The notes under the pieces were generated by a model. The model was given only the letters and a program-made list of their open reading frames with translations, had not been told where the DNA came from and did no database searches. Position numbers and translations under genes: made by a program. From positions 32,001 through 96,000 of IMG/VR virus record IMGVR_UViG_3300027804_000039: 64,000 nt of DNA; one strand, 5' to 3'. The stretch's first letter is position 1; every line of letters begins with the position of its first letter. Below are positions 16,060 to 22,850 of this stretch, piece after piece. This DNA comes from a virus.

Positions 16060-16122
16060 CAGGATGTATTTTTACGGTTTAGATTAAAAGTCTAATGTAT
16101 AAATTTTTGCTGTTAACATCCT
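16060..16122 (-). ncRNA. CAGCAA-stem RNA copy H carrying a Lys(UUU)-like anticodon stem-loop
   Basis: AGGAUGU-UAA-CAGCAA...UUAGA-CUUUUAA-UCUAA...ACAUCCU-G. Confidence 0.78.
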
Positions 16123-16128
16123 TAAACT

Positions 16129-16204
16129 TGGTGCCGCCTCGTGGGATCGAACCACGTTCCGACGCTCTTCAGGCGCCTGCTATGACCACATCAGCTAAAG
16201 CGGC
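16129..16204 (-). tRNA. tRNA-Phe(GAA)
   Basis: Loop CU-GAA-GA. Confidence 0.9.
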
Positions 16205-16365
16205 AAATAGATTGGGTGCCTAACTATCCTCCTGGGAAGACTCGCTAGATTGTCTCGAATAGTCAAGTTTAACATACCGGCTTCAGTCATACTGTAGTGT
16301 CACCACAGTTAACCCCACTGTGGCTAGACTGGCAGGGACTCTAAACTATCGTCTATCCCAAAACT

Positions 16366-16440
16366 TGGTGCTCCGTGACGGACTCGAACCGCCATCGCCG
16401 GACTACAAAACCGGAATTCTAGCCTTTGAAATAACAGAGC
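16366..16440 (-). tRNA. Atypical tRNA, probably Thr(UGU) second copy
   Basis: CCGGU-UU-UGU-AG-UCCGG with U31:U39 mismatch. Confidence 0.65.
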
Positions 16441-16445
16441 AAAAT

Positions 16446-16523
16446 TGGTCTCCATGGTAGGATTCGAACCTACAGCCTCCTGACTCCAGATCAGGCCGTC
16501 TACCAGATTGACATTACACAGAG
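16446..16523 (-). tRNA. tRNA-Pro(UGG) second copy, non-canonical loop
   Basis: CCUGA-UC-UGG-AG-UCAGG (C33, A37). Confidence 0.8.
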
Positions 16524-16529
16524 ATAACT

Positions 16530-16604
16530 TGGTGGAGACCGAGGGAATCGAACCCTTCTAGACATCTTCCTTGCAAGGGAAGACCGTAGCCCACTACTGC
16601 CCCC
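16530..16604 (-). tRNA. Atypical tRNA-Ala(UGC) with miniature D arm
   Basis: G3:U70, D arm GUAG-UGGG-CUAC, loop CU-UGC-AA. Confidence 0.7.
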
Positions 16605-16614
16605 AAATTCTTTT

Positions 16615-16692
16615 TGGCACCCCAGGAAGGACTCGAACCTCCGACTCCCACGTTCGTAGCGTAGTACTCTTATTCCTCTGAGTTACTGGGGT
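16615..16692 (-). tRNA. tRNA-Arg(ACG)
   Basis: Loop CU-ACG-AA. Confidence 0.92.
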
Positions 16693-16698
16693 ATAAAT

Positions 16699-16776
16699 TG
16701 GAGTAGGGAGTCGGATTCGAACCGACGGCTTTAGAGTTTTGCAGACTCTTGCATTGGGCCTCTCTGCCATCCCTAC
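16699..16776 (-). tRNA. tRNA-Cys(GCA)
   Basis: Loop CU-GCA-AA, U73. Confidence 0.92.
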
Positions 16777-16783
16777 ATAATAT

Positions 16784-16858
16784 TGGCGCCGTAGACGAGA
16801 ATCGAACTCGCCTTAGTCGGATAGACAATCCGTTGCCCTCCCAGAGAACTACTACGGC
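16784..16858 (-). tRNA. tRNA-Asp(GUC) second copy, U37
   Basis: Loop UU-GUC-UA, G73. Confidence 0.78.
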
Positions 16859-16862
16859 ATGT

Positions 16863-16936
16863 TGGTATCGCGTACGGGGATCGAACCCGCCTGATCAGGT
16901 TGAAAGCCTGAGGACCTCCCAGAAGTCTAACGCGAT
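16863..16936 (-). tRNA. tRNA-Glu(UUC) second copy
   Basis: Loop CU-UUC-AA. Confidence 0.88.
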
Positions 16937-16945
16937 ATAAAAAAA

Positions 16946-17005
16946 CAGGATACATTTTCTTTTTTCACCAATTGAAAGTTGAATAAAGTTTGCTGTGAGT
17001 ATCCT
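16946..17005 (-). ncRNA. CAGCAA-stem RNA copy I carrying a Glu(UUC)-like anticodon stem-loop
   Basis: AGGAUAC-UCA-CAGCAA...UCAA-CUUUCAA-UUGG...GUAUCCU-G. Confidence 0.78.
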
Positions 17006-17011
17006 TAAACT

Positions 17012-17085
17012 TGGCAGGGGCATTAGGGATCGAACCTAAACTAACAGAGTCAAAGTCTGTTGTGCTACCATTACACAATGCCCCA
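17012..17085 (-). tRNA. tRNA-Gln(UUG)
   Basis: Loop CU-UUG-AC, U1-A72. Confidence 0.92.
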
Positions 17086-17091
17086 ACAAAT

Positions 17092-17169
17092 TGGCTGTGC
17101 GTCTAGGAATCGAACCCAGCTCATTCTTCGTTAACAGCGAAGCGCCTACACCTTGCTTGCTCACGCACA
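17092..17169 (-). tRNA. tRNA-Asn(GUU) second copy
   Basis: Loop CU-GUU-AA. Confidence 0.88.
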
Positions 17170-17176
17170 ATAAATT

Positions 17177-17250
17177 TGGTTCCCAGAACAAGAATCGAAC
17201 TTGTAATGACCGGTTATCAGCCGATTGTTATACCATTTAACTATCCGGGA
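17177..17250 (-). tRNA. tRNA-Ile(GAU)
   Basis: Loop CU-GAU-AA. Confidence 0.92.
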
Positions 17251-17255
17251 ATAAT

Positions 17256-17344
17256 TGGTGGAGCCTGAAGGAATCGAACCTAATTGCCAACCACCCTACA
17301 TATTAAGGCAACGGATTTACAGTCCGCCGTAGGGATCAAGCTCC
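17256..17344 (-). tRNA. Rearranged tRNA-Tyr(GUA) lacking a local D hairpin
   Basis: Acceptor GGAGCUU/AGGCUCC-ACCA, GCGGA-CUGUAAA-UCCGU, D region CCCUAC complementary to GUAGGG in the variable loop. Confidence 0.7.
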
Positions 17345-17557
17345 AAAATTTTCACACACTCTTTAGAATGTGTCGTATAAAATAAGCTAGTTCATCCCGT
17401 CAAGGGGGAAACGTTATACGATTCCTAACTTGCTTTATACGCTACCTTTTTACACATTCTAGTTATCGCCTAGAACTTACCATCCGGTAGGCCGCCCACA
17501 TTAAGCCGATGTTTTAAGTGCCAGCAGGGTCGCGTTCCCTATACACACTTTTTGCGA

Positions 17558-17722
17558 TTATTCGTGCTCTACGAGCTCGTCTTTTCGCTTGTGAAATGCT
17601 TCATAATAAGCCTTTGCACGTATAAACTTATTTTCAATAAGCCTTTCGAGCTCATCTTCACTAAGTTCATGCCTGGCTAAAAATTCAGCATCTCTTTGTT
17701 TTCTAAAATCTAAAGTTTCCAT
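17558..17722 (-). CDS. Small hypothetical protein (54 aa, not in ORF track)
   Basis: METLDFRKQRDAEFLARHE... Confidence 0.55.
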   Translation of the reverse strand: METLDFRKQRDAEFLARHELSEDELERLIENKFIRAKAYYEAFHKRKDELVEHE

Positions 17723-17738
17723 TTCAAATCCTACAAAA

Positions 17739-17767
17739 CAAAAAACCCTGGGTGTTTAGTCCAGGGT
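17739..17767 (-). terminator. Conditional intrinsic terminator (attenuator) upstream of tRNA array
   Basis: ACCCUGG-ACUAAACAC-CCAGGGU-UUUUUG; 5' arm also complementary to AGGGUCCUU in the leader ORF. Confidence 0.85.
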
Positions 17768-17795
17768 CCTTTTAAAGTTTGAGTGTTAGTTTATG

Positions 17796-17954
17796 TTAAC
17801 TTACACTATCCTCCAAGGACCCTACGGTAATCTCAGGTGTACGATCATTACCTAGACTGCCGGTACTAAACTGTGACCAATAGGCAGACATACATGCCGG
17901 CACTTTGGCTACTTGTTTAGATATCAGTTGTCTATGTAAACTGTTCGTTTTCAT
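17796..17954 (-). CDS. Putative attenuator leader peptide (52 aa, all 20 amino acids)
   Basis: MKTNSLHRQLISKQVAKVPACMSAYWSQFSTGSLGNDRTPEITVGSLEDSVS; lies between promoter and terminator. Confidence 0.7.
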   Translation of the reverse strand: MKTNSLHRQLISKQVAKVPACMSAYWSQFSTGSLGNDRTPEITVGSLEDSVS

Positions 17955-18010
17955 TTTTTGTTTCTCTTCATTACCTTAAAAAATTGTAGCGGAATTGCTA
18001 CTGTTTCGTT

Positions 18011-18039
18011 ATTGTAACGTCTTTCAACGCTACTGTCAA
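18011..18039 (-). promoter_or_regulatory. sigma70 promoter for leader and tRNA array (second tandem promoter at 18111-18139)
   Basis: TTGACA-17-TACAAT, present twice. Confidence 0.85.
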
Positions 18040-18246
18040 CAACTTTTTGAAATATTTTTTGTTGTATTTTTACAACAGTTGCTACTTCACTAACTTGCTG
18101 ACTGAACCTTATTGTATAGTTATTTAGTCTCTGTGTCAACCTCTATTTGCATTTTTGAGCAAAAAAGATTCACCAACTATCTAACTAGTCTCGATTGTAT
18201 AGTATATATGCCTATGTGTCAAGACCGGTACGGAAATGTTGTTTTT

Positions 18247-18603
18247 TTACGACATTTGACTGTCTCCGGGCAGAACACGATAGTTGTCCTCTGCAGAGTC
18301 TGCTGTACTTACTTCTATTATAGTACCTTCTTCAAAACAAATCAACTGGTGCGGACTCATTGGAGGGTTGTGCCACACATCACCTGCTTTGAGTTCTTGT
18401 ATAGACTGCTGTGCGTTTTTGGTATTGATGAATCTCAATTCAAATCGTCCGCTTAACACGTACCAAGTTTCATCCTTGTCCTTGTGAAAGTGCATACTAA
18501 ATCTTGCACCAGCTTTGAAGTTTAAGAATTTACCACAGTACTTGTCTGTGTTTGCCCATATAACTTCTTCGCCCCATCCTTTTGGTACATGTCCTGTTTT
18601 CAT
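18247..18603 (-). CDS. Cupin-domain protein (sugar isomerase-like)
   Basis: KGWGEE, HFH..K.ETWYVLSG, H..P..PHQL cupin motifs. Confidence 0.8.
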   Translation of the reverse strand: MKTGHVPKGWGEEVIWANTDKYCGKFLNFKAGARFSMHFHKDKDETWYVLSGRFELRFINTKNAQQSIQELKAGDVWHNPPMSPHQLICFEEGTIIEVSTADSAEDNYRVLPGDSQMS

Positions 18604-19358
18604 CGTATTTCCTCTAGTCTAGGAGCATAGCATCCTAGGTGTTGTACTGTTACTGCGGCAGCTCGGTTGGCAAATTCTATGGCTACTTTTATGTCCTTTG
18701 TTTCCAAGTACATGTAGGTCAGTGCTGATAAAAATGTGTCGCCTGCTCCTGTCACATCAATAACTTCTACTCTTGGAGCAGACGACTTAAACTCGTGATG
18801 CTTTGCTTCAGCACCATTTGCTCCTAGTGTAACAATAAGTCCCGAGCATTCTGAAGTAATTTTACTGTATTCTACTTCGTTTATCTTAACCCAAGCGCCT
18901 TGAAATCTTTCCAAGTTAGTTTTTTTAGTGTCTACAAATACAGGAACACGACTTTCGATAGCCTGTTCTATTAGTTCATAGGTAACAGTTCCTTTACCGT
19001 AGTCAGCAACAACAATAGCATCATAGTCCTTGAACATATCAGCTGTCATTAATAGTGGAACGCTGTGTGCATCTTCGTCTACCCTAAGGACTTGTTGTTT
19101 GCTACGACTGTCAATAAATCTAGTTTTTCTACTTATTTCGCCTGTTTTTAGTGTTACACTACAGCCCAGTGCTATCAAGTTGTTAAACACATTACCAACC
19201 ATGCCTGGCTTTCCAATGGACTGTGTTGGGCTAAAAACTGGTACAGGTGCTTCTGGGCTAATCCTGTCTACCGTTCCAAATTGATAAACATCAAGTCCGT
19301 TGTCGCCTATCAATAATATGTTGTATTGTTTTGGTTGTTGAATGTTCTGTTCTGTCAT
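18600..19358 (-). CDS. HldE/RfaE kinase domain (PfkB family heptose-7-P kinase)
   Basis: RISPEAPVP, DYGKG, DVTGAGDTF. Confidence 0.88.
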   Translation of the reverse strand: MTEQNIQQPKQYNILLIGDNGLDVYQFGTVDRISPEAPVPVFSPTQSIGKPGMVGNVFNNLIALGCSVTLKTGEISRKTRFIDSRSKQQVLRVDEDAHSVPLLMTADMFKDYDAIVVADYGKGTVTYELIEQAIESRVPVFVDTKKTNLERFQGAWVKINEVEYSKITSECSGLIVTLGANGAEAKHHEFKSSAPRVEVIDVTGAGDTFLSALTYMYLETKDIKVAIEFANRAAAVTVQHLGCYAPRLEEIR

Positions 19359-19692
19359 AATAAATTACTTTCTGGCAATAAGTTTCTCCGATGACACTTT
19401 TGCCTCGATAATCACTACCTTTTACCATTGTACAGCCTTTAACGATTTCAATCAATTCTTCCGGTGAATTGAAAAGTTCTACTCGATCAACCGCCTTGAG
19501 ATTTTCCAAAAATAATTTTCTATCATTTTGGTTATTGATTGGGCGATCAGGGCCCTTGAGCTGTTGGACACGTTCGTCCGTGTCTATTGCTACAATAAGA
19601 AAATCCCCGAGCGATCTAGCATAGTTTAACAACGCCAAATGCCCAGGGTGTAATATATCAAAAGTTCCGTTGACTACTATTTTCTTCATCAA
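19291..19692 (-). CDS. HldE/RfaE adenylyltransferase domain
   Basis: NGTFDILHPGH, KGPDRPIN, VKGSDY. Confidence 0.9.
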   Translation of the reverse strand: MMKKIVVNGTFDILHPGHLALLNYARSLGDFLIVAIDTDERVQQLKGPDRPINNQNDRKLFLENLKAVDRVELFNSPEELIEIVKGCTMVKGSDYRGKSVIGETYCQKVIYYDRTEHSTTKTIQHIIDRRQRT

Positions 19693-19705
19693 CTATTTAC
19701 GGCTA

Positions 19706-19777
19706 TTATCGATTCATCACGTACATTGTGATTTCGAATCCATAGCGCATTTCAACTGCTTCTGGTTTGGTCCACAT
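19706..19777 (-). CDS. pqqA: Pyrroloquinoline quinone precursor peptide (23 aa, not in ORF track)
   Basis: MWTKPEAVEMRYGFEITMYVMNR with W..P and the E-x-x-x-Y motif; SD AAGGAG. Confidence 0.9.
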   Translation of the reverse strand: MWTKPEAVEMRYGFEITMYVMNR

Positions 19778-19895
19778 AGTATTTCTCCTTTGATTAACAA
19801 ATTAACATACTGTCTGTGTAACTGTATGTATCTGTATTGTACAGGAGAAATACCCTGTTTCACATACTGAAAATCATTAATCTTGTATCACAAAA

Positions 19896-20402
19896 TTAAC
19901 TATTCAAAACCTTAGCCACTGCATTCATTACTGAGGCAATACGACCAATGTCACGAAGTTGTTCTACTGTGTAGCCTTCCTTCTTGAGTGTGTCGTAGTG
20001 TGCCTTAACACAGAAATGGCACTTGCCAACAATACTTGCGGCAAGACTGAACGCTTCAAAGTTTGCCTTTGTAGTTCCACCATGACTAGCAATAGCGTTC
20101 ATGCGTAACTGTGCTGGCAATCCTTTTAGTTGTTCATCATCAGCCATTTCAATATACGGATACCATACATTGTTCTGTGCCATGATGCTTGCGGCACACA
20201 TAGCTGACTCTGCGTGTACTGGAGCATCGGCTAACATAACAGCCAATACCTTACCGTTACCAGTTGCGGCCAGTGCGGCTACAGCACAACCCATAGCCAC
20301 ATCTGCATCCAATGTGCTACGCAAAAGGACAGCGTCCAAGTTTAACTTAGTGTCCTTTGCGTATTCTGGCAACGCTTCTTTAATCGATTCAATAAAACTC
20401 AT
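19896..20402 (-). CDS. ahpD: Alkyl hydroperoxide reductase AhpD
   Basis: PEYAKDTKLNL, NNVWY, CHFCVKAH. Confidence 0.9.
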   Translation of the reverse strand: MSFIESIKEALPEYAKDTKLNLDAVLLRSTLDADVAMGCAVAALAATGNGKVLAVMLADAPVHAESAMCAASIMAQNNVWYPYIEMADDEQLKGLPAQLRMNAIASHGGTTKANFEAFSLAASIVGKCHFCVKAHYDTLKKEGYTVEQLRDIGRIASVMNAVAKVLNS

Positions 20403-20599
20403 TTTCGTCCCCATTTAATATTTGCCCAAAGTCTATCATACAAATAGTATGACGTCATCCAGACACAATTTATAACGATAGTAGGAACAAGGGCCTGTGT
20501 TAGACTTTGTCCTGTTATTAACAACATCACATAGGTTGAGCATATGACCCAAATTCTATAGATGATAGTCTTGACTAAGGTCCTTGTCCTAGTTTCCAT
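20399..20599 (-). CDS. DUF2061-like small membrane protein
   Basis: E..RTLVKT..YR...YY.YDRLW..I.WG. Confidence 0.7.
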   Translation of the reverse strand: METRTRTLVKTIIYRIWVICSTYVMLLITGQSLTQALVPTIVINCVWMTSYYLYDRLWANIKWGRK

Positions 20600-21132
20600 T
20601 AAAGTGTTTCGCCGCCTACTGAACGATTACAAGCACATAGCTCGCCAGTTTGTAGAGCATCTAAAACACGAAGTGTTTCTTCTGGACTACGACCGACGTT
20701 CAAGTTATTGACAGTAACGTGTTGAATAACGCCTTCTGGATCAACAATAAATGTTGCGCGAAGTGCTGCACCTGCTGGAGCATAGAATACACCAAGCTGA
20801 TTAATCAGGCTGAGATCACCACGTTGTGTGTCTGCAAATTGTGTATGTGTAATCTTAGCAAGATCAGGATGAGCTTTTTGCCATGCAAGTTTACAGAACT
20901 CGTTGTCTGTAGAGCCTGTTAGCAAAACAGCATCACGGTCTTTGAAATCATTTGCCAACTTGTCATAGGCAACGATTTCAGTTGGACATACGAATGTGAA
21001 GTCCTTTGGGTAATATACAATCACTTTCCACTTGCCTGCGAAAGATTCGTCAGTAATGTCAAAGAATTGATCACTACCTGGGTTAACGCCTGTTACGGCA
21101 AACTTTTCAATTTTATCACCAACTGTTTTCAT
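20599..21132 (-). CDS. ahpC: Peroxiredoxin AhpC
   Basis: YPKDFTFVCPTE, GELCACN. Confidence 0.95.
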   Translation of the reverse strand: MKTVGDKIEKFAVTGVNPGSDQFFDITDESFAGKWKVIVYYPKDFTFVCPTEIVAYDKLANDFKDRDAVLLTGSTDNEFCKLAWQKAHPDLAKITHTQFADTQRGDLSLINQLGVFYAPAGAALRATFIVDPEGVIQHVTVNNLNVGRSPEETLRVLDALQTGELCACNRSVGGETL

Positions 21133-21187
21133 AATATCTCCTTTTGTGTGTGTTTGAAAACTTTTAGAACACGTTGTTCATGTTCTT

Positions 21188-21273
21188 ATTATAATAGTAT
21201 TTAACTATAAAATCAAGCATTTTATTGATTTTTTCTATGGTATTTTTCAATGAGTATAATTGAAAAAATCAAT
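21188..21273 (-). promoter_or_regulatory. ahpC promoter with OxyR-like operator
   Basis: TTGATT-17-TATAAT (21188-21216); ATTG-N7-CAAT-N7-ATTG-N7-CCAT (21237-21273) plus overlapping ATAG-N7-CAAT (21224-21238). Confidence 0.65.
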
Positions 21274-21278
21274 AACCT

Positions 21279-21815
21279 TTAGCTATATTCATATGGTGTA
21301 CTAGGGTGTCCATAGTCCACTGGTATATCTCCTTTGAAATTATCGTAGTCTTGATAATATCCTTCATTTGGTTTGAGCTCTCTCCAATCATCGTATTTGA
21401 TTCGGGCAAGTAATACTTCATTCTTGCTTAGTAAATCGCAAACAATAAATGAACTAGCACATGCACCTCTAATAGTTTTAATTGGGGCATGTTTATATTC
21501 GTTGGCCAATAAAGCCTTGTGCATTTGACTACCATGTCTAGCCATAATGCGAGTAATACCTAATTTTTGATTACGTAAACGGAACTTATCGTAAATTGTA
21601 AGTTCTGCTAATGTAGCTTCGTTGTTGTCGTTGACACGCAACAATGCGTTCTTAACTTTGATGCTACCTTTGGTATGACTGTTATCGGGTGTTTCCTTAG
21701 TACTCCAAGGCAACTGACAGTCTACGTGATTGACATACAATGTTTCCCCATGAAATTTTAAGACCCACATGGGAATGGTTTGGTCTTCTAAGTGTTTTTT
21801 GTTAAAATGGAACAC
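21279..21815 (-). CDS. Hypothetical protein
   Basis: 178-aa ORF in operon orientation. Confidence 0.7.
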   Translation of the reverse strand: MFHFNKKHLEDQTIPMWVLKFHGETLYVNHVDCQLPWSTKETPDNSHTKGSIKVKNALLRVNDNNEATLAELTIYDKFRLRNQKLGITRIMARHGSQMHKALLANEYKHAPIKTIRGACASSFIVCDLLSKNEVLLARIKYDDWRELKPNEGYYQDYDNFKGDIPVDYGHPSTPYEYS

Positions 21816-21852
21816 TACATCCTTACAAGCATATTCAATCTATTTTGACATT

Positions 21853-22086
21853 TTACATCTCCTTTAAAATTTTAATGTCTTTGTGTTTGACGATTATAAT
21901 AGTATTTACTTTGTTGTTAAACTTGATAGGTAAATCTGAATGTACTAAGATATGATCTTTTTCTCTGTCGGCAACAATGCTACCGATAAACGGAATTTTA
22001 TTCCAATATCCAAAGACACGAGTATTACGTTCCCACTTTGGTTTATAGTGGTCTAGTTTGGCAAAGTATTCTGCTAAGTTTGTCAT
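21853..22086 (-). CDS. Hypothetical protein
   Basis: 77-aa ORF coupled to upstream gene. Confidence 0.65.
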   Translation of the reverse strand: MTNLAEYFAKLDHYKPKWERNTRVFGYWNKIPFIGSIVADREKDHILVHSDLPIKFNNKVNTIIIVKHKDIKILKEM

Positions 22087-22724
22087 TTTCTTATTATACT
22101 ATCAACAAAATCTAATAGCAACTGATGTTGGCGGCCTTGGTGATATTTTCCCCGCATCCAACTATAATTTTCGTACCAATGGTTTTCACTTTCGGGATGA
22201 CAACCAATAAGTCCAGTTCGATTTTGTATGATGGCCATAGCATCACCGTTTGCGTATGTAGCTACAGTTTCAAAATTTCCGTTGCCTACTAACGCACAAC
22301 CGTCATAGAAGTACATCTTTGTAGGTTGTCCTCTCCATGTTATATCTATGTTTTTAGCATGTGGCCTGCGTGTATCAGTTTTTGGTCGTGTAATATATTG
22401 TTCTGCATCAACACCTTCTAGTATGTCCAGATAGTATTGCCCTGCCCAGTATGCGCCCATGCATATACCCAAGTAGGCTCCGCCTTGCTGGACAAATTCT
22501 TTGATCCGTGTTCCGTTTTCACTTAGTAGATAGTCAAAACTTTCTGCATCTCCAAAGCCGCCCGGTATGCAGACCATATCTACATCGTCAAAAAAATCCG
22601 CCTCTAGTTCATGGCGGGTAAAAATCTTAAAAGAATAGAAAGGGCTAAGTGCTCGCATAATACCGTTTCCACTCTGTACTGAGCACTTGGGCTGGTGTAA
22701 AAATAATGCAATTTTACCCTTCAT
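22083..22724 (-). CDS. Class I glutamine-amidotransferase-like (BPL_N) protein
   Basis: CIPGG, YLGICMGAY nucleophile elbow, CHPE. Confidence 0.8.
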   Translation of the reverse strand: MKGKIALFLHQPKCSVQSGNGIMRALSPFYSFKIFTRHELEADFFDDVDMVCIPGGFGDAESFDYLLSENGTRIKEFVQQGGAYLGICMGAYWAGQYYLDILEGVDAEQYITRPKTDTRRPHAKNIDITWRGQPTKMYFYDGCALVGNGNFETVATYANGDAMAIIQNRTGLIGCHPESENHWYENYSWMRGKYHQGRQHQLLLDFVDSIIRK

Positions 22725-22728
22725 GACG

Positions 22729-22746
22729 TATTTATCGATATAAATA
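22729..22746. promoter_or_regulatory. Divergent T4-like late promoter motifs (ATAAATA)
   Basis: TATTTAT at 22729-22735 and TATAAATA at 22739-22746; ATAAATA recurs before many late-type genes in the window. Confidence 0.6.
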
Positions 22747-22835
22747 GTTGCGGGGAGTAGTTAACCTGAAAAGGTTCTAAATATCGTCAACACGGCATCA
22801 GCCCGGTATTTGGACAAAGAGACGAGACCATAACT
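22746..22835 (+). promoter_or_regulatory. yybP-ykoY (Mn2+) riboswitch
   Basis: GGGGAGUAG, AACCU-GAAA-AGGUU, UCGUCAACAC, GGC-AUCA-GCC, CGG, CGAGACC; directly upstream of TerC. Confidence 0.85.
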
Positions 22836-22850
22836 TTTAAAGGAAAAATT

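Noticed and set aside
16366-16440. Calling this tRNA Tyr(GUA) or Gln(UUG)
   Set aside because: Stem register places UGU at positions 34-36; alternative registers break the anticodon stem
17951-18139. 62-aa ORF upstream of the leader
   Set aside because: Overlaps two promoters and the palindrome; no SD; probably non-coding
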